A DNA stretch of 64,000 bases. Origin: Actinomycetota bacterium (lineage in GTDB: Bacteria; Actinomycetota; UBA4738). The notes below the pieces were generated by a model. The model ran no database searches. It was not told the origin of the DNA and saw nothing but the letters and a program-made list of their open reading frames with translations. The stretch is taken from the NCBI GenBank assembly GCA_035573915.1, contig DATLZQ010000002.1, forward strand, positions 2,333-66,332. Direction: 5' to 3'. The position numbers were made by a program, and so were the translations under genes. Shown piece after piece: positions 9,630 to 17,197 of the stretch; the first letter of the stretch is position 1, and every line of letters starts with the position of its first letter.

Positions 9630-11126
9630 ATGAGCGTCCAGACCGTCCGGAGCTTCGTCGCCGGGAGGTTCCGGGAGTCGAGGTCCGAGGAGGTCCAGGT
9701 CGACCCCATCCCTGATCCCGCCACCGGGGAGACCATCGCCCTGCTTCCCTACTCCACCCGGGAGGAGATCGACGAGGCCGTGCGGGCCGCCCGCGCCGCC
9801 TTCCCCGAGTGGTCGAACACGCCGGTCCCGGACCGGGCCCAGGTGATGTTCCGGTTCAAGCAGCTCCTCGAGGACCACTTCGAGGAGCTGGCCCTCCTGG
9901 TCACCCGGGAGAACGGCAAGACCCTCCCCGAGTCCCGGGGGGAGGTCCGCCGGGCCATCGAGGTGGTGGACTTCAGCTGCGGGGCCCCCACCCTCCTCAT
10001 GGGCACCGCCCTCGATCAGATCGCCGACGGGATCGACGAGGAGCTGGTCCGGTTCCCGGTGGGGGTGGTGGCGGGGATCACGCCCTTCAACTTCCCCAAC
10101 ATGGTCCCCCTGTGGATGATCCCGCTGGCCCTGGTGTGCGGGAACACCTTCGTCCTCAAGCCCTCCCAGCGCACCCCGCTCTCCGCCGTCCGCATCGCCG
10201 AGCTGCTGGTCCGGGCGGGGCTCCCCGACGGGGTGTTCAACGTGGTCCACGGGGCCAAGGACGCGGTGGACGCGCTCCTCACCCACCCAGAGGTGGACGC
10301 CGTCTCCTTCGTGGGCTCGGCCACGGTGGCCCGCTACATCTACGCCACCGGGGCGGCCCACGGGAAGCGCGTGCAGGCCCTGGGCGGGGCCAAGAACCAC
10401 ATGATCGTGATGGAGGACGCCGACCTCGAGCGGACGGTCACGGCCATGGTCTCCTCGGCCTTCGGCAACGCCGGGCAACGGTGCCTGGCGGGCAGCGTGG
10501 CCGTGGGGGTGGGCAAGGTGGGCGATGCCCTGGTCCGGGAGCTGGCCGAGCAGGCCGGCCGGCTGAAGGTGGGCCCGGGGGTGGAGCCCGACACCGACAT
10601 GGGCCCGGTCATCCGCGAGGAGCGGAAGAAGGAGCTCATCTCCTACATCGAGGAGGGCGAGGAAGTGGGGGCGGCCCTGGTGGCCGACGGCCGGGGGATC
10701 GAACGGGCCGACGGCTTCTTCCTGGGCCCCACCATCTTCGACCGGGTGACCCCCGACATGCGGCTGTGGCGGGAGGAGCTGTTCGGCCCCATCCTCTCGG
10801 TGGTGCGGGCCTCCGACGTCGACGAGGCCATCCGGATCATGAACGCCAGCCCCTACGGCAACGCCGCCTCCATCTTCACCACCTCCGGGGCCCACGCCCG
10901 GGAGTTCAAGCGTCGGGCCGAGGCCGGGATGCTGGGCATCAACATCGGGATCCCCGCCCCCATGGCCTTCTTCCCGTTCACCGGGTGGAAGCACTCGTTC
11001 TTCGGGGACCTTCACGCCACAGGGATGGACGGGGTGCGCTTCTACACCCGGCACAAGGTCGTGACCTCCCGCTGGTGGCTGGCCCCCCGACTCGACCACA
11101 CCCAGCCGGAGGGGCGGGGCCACTGA
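9630..11126 (+). CDS. mmsA: CoA-acylating methylmalonate-/malonate-semialdehyde dehydrogenase
   Basis: ATG 9630 after GGAACGAGGAGGGA. ALDH motifs (FPVGVVAGITPFNFP, Cys in GQRCLA, ELFGPI). Confidence 0.85.
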   Translation: MSVQTVRSFVAGRFRESRSEEVQVDPIPDPATGETIALLPYSTREEIDEAVRAARAAFPEWSNTPVPDRAQVMFRFKQLLEDHFEELALLVTRENGKTLPESRGEVRRAIEVVDFSCGAPTLLMGTALDQIADGIDEELVRFPVGVVAGITPFNFPNMVPLWMIPLALVCGNTFVLKPSQRTPLSAVRIAELLVRAGLPDGVFNVVHGAKDAVDALLTHPEVDAVSFVGSATVARYIYATGAAHGKRVQALGGAKNHMIVMEDADLERTVTAMVSSAFGNAGQRCLAGSVAVGVGKVGDALVRELAEQAGRLKVGPGVEPDTDMGPVIREERKKELISYIEEGEEVGAALVADGRGIERADGFFLGPTIFDRVTPDMRLWREELFGPILSVVRASDVDEAIRIMNASPYGNAASIFTTSGAHAREFKRRAEAGMLGINIGIPAPMAFFPFTGWKHSFFGDLHATGMDGVRFYTRHKVVTSRWWLAPRLDHTQPEGRGH

Positions 11127-11143
11127 GCGGTCCGGACCGGGAG

Positions 11144-12229
11144 GTGCCCGGCCGGCGAGCGGTGGGGTCCTCCGGGCGCGGCGCGGGCCCCGGCGACGCT
11201 CCTGACCTGCGGACGCTGGACCTGCGGGCCCTCCCCAAGGTCGAGCTGCACCGCCACCTGGAGGGCTCCCTCCGGCTGGGCACGGTGATCGAGCTCTCCC
11301 GGGCAGCTGGCCTCCAGCTCCCCGCCTGGACCGAGGAGGCGCTGGCTCCCCTGGCTCTGGTCCGGGAGCCCGTCGGGAGTCTTGAGGAGGCCCTTTCGAG
11401 GTTCGCCCTCTTCCAGGGGGCGGTCCGGAGCCTGGAGGCCGTGCGGCGGGTGACCCGAGAGGCCGTCGAGGACCTGGCGGCGGACGGGGTCCGTCTCGCC
11501 GAGCTCCGGTTCTCGCCCCAGTTCCTGTGCGAGCCCGGAGGGCTCGACTGGGACGCCGCGCTGGAGGCCATCCTGCAGGGCCTGGAGGACACCAGGGGCC
11601 AGGACGTGGCCGTGGGGCTGGTGGCCATCGCCAGCCGGGACTACGGGCTGGAGTCGGCCCGGGCCACGGCAGGCTTCGCCCTCCGCCACCGGGAGCACCT
11701 GGTGGGCTTCGACCTGGCCGGCCCGGAGCTCGGCTTCCCTCCGCGCCGGTACCGGGACGTGGTGAACCCCGTCAAGGAGGCGGGGCTGGGCCTCACCGCC
11801 CACTACGGGGAGTCGGGCCCGCCCTCGTACGCGCTGGAGGCGTTGGAGGCGCTGGGCGCGGACCGGCTGGGCCACGGGCTGTCCGTGGCCCGGGACCCCG
11901 AGGCCGTTCGCCGGGTGGCGGAGGCCGGGGTGACGTTGGAGATGTGTCCCACCTCCAACTGGCTCACCGGCGGGGTGGCCCGCCTCGGCGACCACCCAGC
12001 CCGCCGCCTGCTGGGCCAGGGCGTCCGGGTCACGCTGAACTCGGACGACCCAGGGCTCTTCGGGACCGACCTCACCCACGAGTTTGAGGTGGCCCGGGAC
12101 GAGCTGGGGTTCAGCTGGGGCGACGTCCGCGCGGTGACGGCCAACGCCCTGGCCGCCAGCTTCCTGCCGCCGCCGGTGAAGGAGGCGGTGCGGGCCCGGC
12201 ACTTCGGGTGGCTCGGCCCCGCGGACTGA
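11144..12229 (+). CDS. add: Adenosine deaminase (exact start uncertain: GTG 11144 or 11162)
   Basis: ADA signature LPKVELHRHLEGS near the N-terminus, plus HAGE (TAHYGE) and LNSDDP motifs. Start codon not resolved. Confidence 0.7.
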   Translation: MPGRRAVGSSGRGAGPGDAPDLRTLDLRALPKVELHRHLEGSLRLGTVIELSRAAGLQLPAWTEEALAPLALVREPVGSLEEALSRFALFQGAVRSLEAVRRVTREAVEDLAADGVRLAELRFSPQFLCEPGGLDWDAALEAILQGLEDTRGQDVAVGLVAIASRDYGLESARATAGFALRHREHLVGFDLAGPELGFPPRRYRDVVNPVKEAGLGLTAHYGESGPPSYALEALEALGADRLGHGLSVARDPEAVRRVAEAGVTLEMCPTSNWLTGGVARLGDHPARRLLGQGVRVTLNSDDPGLFGTDLTHEFEVARDELGFSWGDVRAVTANALAASFLPPPVKEAVRARHFGWLGPAD

Positions 12230-12230
12230 G

Positions 12231-12807
12231 GTCGAGCCGGGAAGGCGGAGACCGGTGGGAGCGGGGCCCGCCCACGGCCCCGCCGGAGCGAGGGGAGGCG
12301 CCGTGGACCGCGCCGAGTACCGGCAGCGGAGCCTGGAAAGGCGGGAGGGGGCGCCCGGGGCTGGGAGGCCAGGCACGACTTCCTGTGGGAATGCACGCGC
12401 CACGTGGGGGCGTGGCTCGTCGGCCGCCTGGAGTCGAGCGGAACGCCTGGTCGGAGGCCCCGGCCGGCTCCTCGTGCAGCTGGTCCTGGTCCCCGCCCCG
12501 GAGCCGGAGGCGCCCGGACCCTTCGCCCTGGGCGGACCCCGAGCGGGTCCGGGGCCTGGTCCTGGGGGCGGGCTTCGGCGAGCCCCTCGTCGAGGAGCTC
12601 GAGCTGACCTGGCGGTACCCGGACTCCGACCGGTACTGGGAGACGCTGGTGGACCTCTCGCCGGCCCTGGCCGACCTGCCCTCGGCGGCGGAGCGACGGT
12701 CGGTCCGGGAGGCCCTGCGGGAGCGGGTGGCGCCCTTCCGGGTCGGAGCGGAGTACGAGCTCCCCGGGGTCACGTTCTGCGTGTCCACCGACGCGTCCGC
12801 CTCCTGA
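12231..12807 (+). pseudogene. Unresolved or degraded region: no clean ORF; readable C-terminal fragment in one frame (about 12530-12807)
   Basis: Three frames each carry short protein-like stretches (e.g. ...DPERVRGLVLGAGFGEPLVEELELTWRYPDSDRYWETLVDL...VTFCVSTDASAS). No single frame spans the roughly 600 bp gap between add and the FAH gene. Confidence 0.2.
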
Positions 12808-12843
12808 GGGGACCCTGGGCCCCGTGGTGCTAGCGTTCCCCCG

Positions 12844-13809
12844 ATGCGGTGGGCCACCTTCCGGGTCGGGGGCGGCGGGGAGCGGGTGGGGCTCCTCCAG
12901 GGGGACCGGGTCCACGCCCTGGAGCCAGGGGTCCGGCTGGTCGACCTCCTGGGGGACGGCGGCGACCGGCTTCGGGCGGCCGGGGAGCGGGCCCTGCTGG
13001 AGCCCTTCGAGGTCCTGGGGCTGGAGGAAGTGAGGCTCCTGCCCCCGGTCCCCCGCCCCCCCTCCATCCGGGACTTCTACGCCTTCGAGCAGCACGTCCG
13101 CACGGCCCGCCAGCGCCGGGGGCTCGAGATGGACCCCGGCTGGTACGAGCTGCCGGTCTTCTACTTCAGCAACCCCGCCGCTGTGATGGGCCCGGGGGAC
13201 GACGTCCCCATGGCCCCCGGCTCCACCGAGGTGGACTACGAGCTGGAGGTGGCCGCGGTGGTGGGACGGGAGGGGTCCAACCTGGACCCGGCCGAGGCCG
13301 AATCGTACATCGCGGGCTTCTGCGTGATGAACGACTGGAGCGCCCGGGACCTCCAGCGTCGGGAGATGAAGCTCTCGCTCGGGCCCGCCAAGGGAAAGGA
13401 CTTCGCCACGAGCCTCGGGCCCGTGCTCGTCACCCCGGACGAGCTCGAGCCCTACCGGCGGGGACGGGCCTACGACCTCGAGATGACGGCCTCCGTGAAC
13501 GGACGGGAGTACAGCCGGGGCAACCTGGCCGACATCTACTGGAGCTTCGGGGAGATGCTGGCCTACGCTTCCCGGGGGACGCGGGTGGTGCCCGGCGACG
13601 TGATCGGGTCGGGGACCTGCGGGACAGGCTGCATCCTGGAGCTCTCCCTGGTCCACGGGGAGGAGCGCTACCCCTGGCTGAAGCCGGGGGACGAGGTGGT
13701 ACTCGAGGTGGAGCAGCTGGGACGGCTGGCCAACCGGGTGGTGGCGGGGCCCCCGGTCAAGCCGCTGCGCCCGGGCCCGGGCGGCCCTCCGGGGAGGGGG
13801 CGTCCCTGA
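12844..13809 (+). CDS. Fumarylacetoacetate hydrolase (FAH) family protein
   Basis: 321 aa. FAH-fold signatures (GFCVMNDWSARDLQ, GKDFATSLGP, PGDVIGSGT). Confidence 0.8.
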   Translation: MRWATFRVGGGGERVGLLQGDRVHALEPGVRLVDLLGDGGDRLRAAGERALLEPFEVLGLEEVRLLPPVPRPPSIRDFYAFEQHVRTARQRRGLEMDPGWYELPVFYFSNPAAVMGPGDDVPMAPGSTEVDYELEVAAVVGREGSNLDPAEAESYIAGFCVMNDWSARDLQRREMKLSLGPAKGKDFATSLGPVLVTPDELEPYRRGRAYDLEMTASVNGREYSRGNLADIYWSFGEMLAYASRGTRVVPGDVIGSGTCGTGCILELSLVHGEERYPWLKPGDEVVLEVEQLGRLANRVVAGPPVKPLRPGPGGPPGRGRP

Positions 13810-14360
13810 TGGAGCTCGACCCCGCCGCCCGGTTCGCCTCCCGCCTGGCTCGCCTCGCGCCTCGCCTCTCTCGTCACGCCCGGGCCTCGCCCCCGGTGGG
13901 CCTCACCGACCCCGACCCGGACACGGGGGAACGGTGGGACTGGGGCCAGGTGTGGGCCCACCTGGCCGAGTTCGTGCCGTACTGGCTGCGCCAGGCCCGC
14001 TCGGTCCTGGCGGCGGGGGCCGAGGAGCCCGTGCCCTTCGGCCGGACCAAGGCCGACCCGGACCGGGTGGCCGCCATCGAACGGGACCGGCGCACCCCTC
14101 CCCTCGAGCTGTGGGAACGGCTCGAGGGCCACCTGGCCGACCTCCGGGTGTTCCTCGAGCACGTCCCCCCGGAGGGCTGGGCGTGCCGGGGCCTCCACCC
14201 CACGCTGGGGGTCATGGAGCTGGCGGAGGTCGTGGAGCGGTTCCTCGTGGGCCACCTCGAGGAGCACCTGGTCCAGCTGGACCGGCTGGCCGCTGAGGGC
14301 GGGGCTTCCCCTGGGGTCAGTCCACCAGGATCCGGTTCGAGGCGAGGAAGTCCTCGGTGA
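13809..14360 (+). CDS. DinB_2/mycothiol-maleylpyruvate-isomerase-N-like (TIGR03083-type) hypothetical protein
   Basis: ATG overlaps the FAH stop (TGATG). About 180 aa with HLAEF...HL pattern. C-terminal low-complexity tail overlaps the convergent gene by about 44 nt. Confidence 0.5.
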   Translation: MELDPAARFASRLARLAPRLSRHARASPPVGLTDPDPDTGERWDWGQVWAHLAEFVPYWLRQARSVLAAGAEEPVPFGRTKADPDRVAAIERDRRTPPLELWERLEGHLADLRVFLEHVPPEGWACRGLHPTLGVMELAEVVERFLVGHLEEHLVQLDRLAAEGGASPGVSPPGSGSRRGSPR

Positions 14361-15168
14361 GGTAGAAGACCTCCCGGGTGAGGGCCCGGGTCTTGCGGCT
14401 GAAGATGACGGCCAGCTCCCGGCGGCCGTCCCAGTAGTGGAGGTAGACCTTCATGGTGGAGGCGTCCACCTGGATCTCGTTCCAGGAGGGCGGGGTGAGG
14501 CCCCGGATCCGGCGGGTGGCCGCGGTCCCCGAGTTGCACACCAGGATCCCGTTGAGCCCCCAGAAGTAGGGGACGTGCTTGTGGCCGGAGAGGACCAGGT
14601 CCACGTCCAGGCGGGTGAGCTCGGCCAGGAGGTCGCCGGCGTCGGTGATGATGTTGCGCTCCCTGCCGGTGCCGGGGATCGACACCAGGTGGTGGTGGAT
14701 GGCGAACACCTTGACGTCGTCGGGCTCATCGAACTGCTCGCGGATCCAGGGGTAGCGCTCCCGTCCCACGTGCCCCTCGTCCAGGTCGGGCTGGGAAGAG
14801 TCCACCCCCACCACCGTGAAGCCCGTGGCCTGGAGCCGCTCGGCCCGGACCGGGTCGAAGGCCTGCCGGTAGCGGGAGAACCGGTCCCCGAAGAACCGCC
14901 GGAAGTGGATGTAGCCCACGTTGCGGGAGTCGTGGTTGCCGGGGATGACGACCTTGGGGGCCTCGACCTTCTCCAGCCACCGGGCGGCCTGCTCGAACTC
15001 CCACTCGTAGCCGGCGGCGGTGAGGTCCCCGCACACCACCACGACGTCGGGCCGGATCCGGTTGACCCGCTCGACGATGGCGCCCATGACGTCGGGCTGG
15101 AAGGTGGGCTCGCCGCAGTGCAGGTCGGAGATCTGGACGATGCGGAGCGGCAGGCTGGCGATGGTCAC
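14317..15168 (-). CDS. Metallophosphoesterase (calcineurin-like)
   Basis: GTG at 15168 preceded by GAAGGAGGA. IVQISDLHCGE, GDLT, GNHD, HHH motifs. The longer ORF (to 15393) would overlap the divergent gene. Confidence 0.7.
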   Translation of the reverse strand: MTIASLPLRIVQISDLHCGEPTFQPDVMGAIVERVNRIRPDVVVVCGDLTAAGYEWEFEQAARWLEKVEAPKVVIPGNHDSRNVGYIHFRRFFGDRFSRYRQAFDPVRAERLQATGFTVVGVDSSQPDLDEGHVGRERYPWIREQFDEPDDVKVFAIHHHLVSIPGTGRERNIITDAGDLLAELTRLDVDLVLSGHKHVPYFWGLNGILVCNSGTAATRRIRGLTPPSWNEIQVDASTMKVYLHYWDGRRELAVIFSRKTRALTREVFYLTEDFLASNRILVD

Positions 15169-15220
15169 GCGGTCCTCCTTCGGGTGACCGAACGGTGAGG
15201 CGGCCTGTCCCCTACGATAC

Positions 15221-15688
15221 TTGGGGATGGAGGACGTGAGGGCCAGCTCGCCGGTCACGCACAGCCTGGTCAAGGCCCTCCGGTCCGTGCCCGACTTCGC
15301 CGCGCTGGACGACCGGACCCTGCTCCGGATCGTGGGGGCCTCGACCAACCTGGTGTGGAAGGCGGGCAGCACGATCTTCGAGAAGGGAAGCACCTCCGAC
15401 GCCCTCTACGTGGTCCTCTCTGGGCTGGTCCGGGTGTTCGACCTCGACGACGGACGCGAGGTGGACGTGGCCCGCCTGGGCCCGGGGGAGTCGTTCGGGG
15501 AGCTCTCCCTGCTCCTGCACACCGTGCACTCCAAGAGCGCCCAGGCTGTCGAGGACAGCGAGCTCCTGGTGGTCCCCAGGGAGTCCTTCGAGGAGGTCCT
15601 GGCGAGCAGCCCCGAGCTGGCCGCCCACTTCCGGCGCCGGCTCCAGGAGCGGCTGGCGGTCAGGGGCCAGGTCAGCGAGTCGGCCTGA
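15221..15688 (+). CDS. Cyclic-nucleotide-binding (cNMP/Crp-like effector) domain protein
   Basis: 155 aa single cNMP-binding domain (GESFGELSLL). No HTH. Confidence 0.7.
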   Translation: MGMEDVRASSPVTHSLVKALRSVPDFAALDDRTLLRIVGASTNLVWKAGSTIFEKGSTSDALYVVLSGLVRVFDLDDGREVDVARLGPGESFGELSLLLHTVHSKSAQAVEDSELLVVPRESFEEVLASSPELAAHFRRRLQERLAVRGQVSESA

Positions 15689-15694
15689 GCAGCG

Positions 15695-16437
15695 GTGGGG
15701 CCAGTCGGGCGGGGGGTCACGGAGGAGGTCTGCGCGGTCGCCGCCTACGCCCGGAGCGTGTCGGCCCGGGTGCTGGAGGCTGGCCCCGAGGGCGTGGTCC
15801 TGGACCGCACGGTGTTTTACGCCCGGGGCGGCGGCCAGCCCGGCGACACGGGCTGGCTGCGGTGAGACGACGGCCGGGTCCGGGTGGCGGACACCGTCCG
15901 GCGCCACGGAGTCCCGCTCCACGTCGTTGAGGGCCTCCCACCGCCCGTGGGGGCCGAGGTCACGGCGGAGCTCGACTGGGACCGGCGGTACCTCCTGATG
16001 CGGACCCACACCGCCCTTCACCTGCTGTCCGGGATCGTCTGGCGGGACTGCGGGGCGAAGGTAACCGGGGGGAACATGGAGCGGGGCAGGCCCGGATGGA
16101 CTTCGAGCTCGAGCGAATGTCGGCCGAGTTCGGCCGGGAGGTCGAGGCCGAGCTGCGGGAGGCGGTGGCCGCCGATCGGCCGGTGCGGGTCCTGTTCCTG
16201 CCCCGGGCCCAGGGCCTGACCGACCCCTACCTCATCCGGACCAAGGTGAGCCTCCTCCCTCCGGAAGTCGACCCCATCCGGGTCATCGACATCGAGGGGG
16301 TCGACCGGCAGGCCGATGGAGGGACCCACGTGCGCTCCACGGTGGAGGTGGGGGAGGTGCGGGTGGTGAGGACCGAGAGCAAGGGGCGGGCTTTCAAGCG
16401 GATGCGCATCGCCGTCGGGGATCTGGCTGGACCGTGA
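15695..16437 (+). pseudogene. AlaX-like Ala-tRNA(Ala) editing/deacylase domain protein, disrupted by an in-frame TGA (15863-15865) and a frameshift (about 16083-16086)
   Basis: Pieces read ...VLDRTVFYARGGGQPGDTGWLR*DDGRVRVADTV...IDWDRRYLLMRTHTALHLLSGIV...GGNMERG | ARMDFELERMSAEF...GGTHVRSTVEVGEVRVV... HxxxH and GGTH zinc motifs of the AlaX/AlaRS editing domain. Frameshift sits in a GCGGGG run. Confidence 0.55.
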
Positions 16438-16512
16438 CCAGGGCCTCGGGTCGGGACGGCGCTCGGGTCTCGGGCGGACGGAGCGGACGGGCCGATCGGG
16501 TAGACTGGGCCC

Positions 16513-16602
16513 GGAGAGGTCGCCTAGCCTGGTCTATGGCGCCGGTTTGCTAAACCGGTTGGGGCGGTAAGCCCCTCGCGGGTTCGAATCCCGCCCTCTC
16601 CG
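16513..16602 (+). tRNA. tRNA-Ser (anticodon GCT)
   Basis: Acceptor GGAGAGG/CCTCTCC. Anticodon loop TTGCTAA. Long variable arm. T-loop GTTCGAATC. 90 nt. Confidence 0.85.
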
Positions 16603-16606
16603 CCGC

Positions 16607-16683
16607 GCGCCCGTAGCTCAACTGGACAGAGCGTCTGACTACGGATCAGAAGGTTGGGGGTTCGAGTCCCTCCGGGCGCACCA
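16607..16683 (+). tRNA. tRNA-Arg (anticodon ACG), CCA encoded
   Basis: Acceptor GCGCCCG/CGGGCGC. Anticodon loop CTACGGA. T-arm GGGGGTTCGAGTCCCTC. 4 nt after tRNA-Ser. Confidence 0.85.
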
Positions 16684-16750
16684 CCCGCGAACCGCCTCCC
16701 CGGCCTGGGTCGAGTCGAGGTCTCGACCACTAGACCGCCCGTCGGCTCTG

Positions 16751-17197
16751 GTGGCGACCTCTTCGCCAGGCAGTGTCGGCCCCCTGCGACGCTTCGATCC
16801 GTGGCCGAAGAGATCGAGGCCACCGAGGTGCCGCTCGAGTTCCTGCAGGGCAGGGCCTACGTTCTCCTGGCGGAGCCGGGCCTGGTGGCCCTGGACGGGG
16901 AGGTGGACGTGGCGGTGCCGGTCCGGACCGGAGAGGAGGAGCCTCACCGAGAGGCTCACCGTCCTCGTGGGGACCAAGAACCGCCTGTACCCGAAGGACG
17001 TGGCGGCCTGGGCCAGCTGCGCGGGGTCCGAGGGGTTCCGGGAACGCCTGGCCGCGGCGGGCCTGTCCGGACCGTACCTCGTCTACGCCTTCGGCCGTCG
17101 GGTGTACCCAGGCGTCCGGGAGGCGGCCGAGACGGCCGGGGTGGGGGTGCTCAACCCACGAGGGGAGCAGGTGGCGCCCCGTCCGGTGGAGGCCTGA
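16751..17197 (+). CDS. Hypothetical protein, possibly frameshift-disrupted, adjacent to the tRNA pair
   Basis: Protein-like ...LTVLVGTKNRLYPKDVAAWASCAGSEGFRERLAAAGLSGPYLVYAFGRRVYPGVREAAETAGVGVL. An upstream frame reads ...VPLEFLQGRAYVLLAEPGLVALDGEVDVAVPV..., suggesting one broken ORF. No family recognised. The 3' end overlaps the GGDEF-EAL tail. Confidence 0.25.
   Translation: MATSSPGSVGPLRRFDPWPKRSRPPRCRSSSCRAGPTFSWRSRAWWPWTGRWTWRCRSGPERRSLTERLTVLVGTKNRLYPKDVAAWASCAGSEGFRERLAAAGLSGPYLVYAFGRRVYPGVREAAETAGVGVLNPRGEQVAPRPVEA

Noticed and set aside
6903-11126. 1407-aa + ORF covering aminotransferase, hydantoinase and mmsA regions
   Set aside because: Out of frame with the real aminotransferase and dihydropyrimidinase. 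Only its final 499 aa (MmsA, from ATG 9630) are protein-like. The rest is GC-bias artefact.
15863-15865. In-frame TGA in the AlaX-like gene as selenocysteine or programmed read-through
   Set aside because: No SECIS-like hairpin follows it. Homologues have an ordinary residue here. The same gene has a second, independent frameshift, so decay or sequencing error is more parsimonious.
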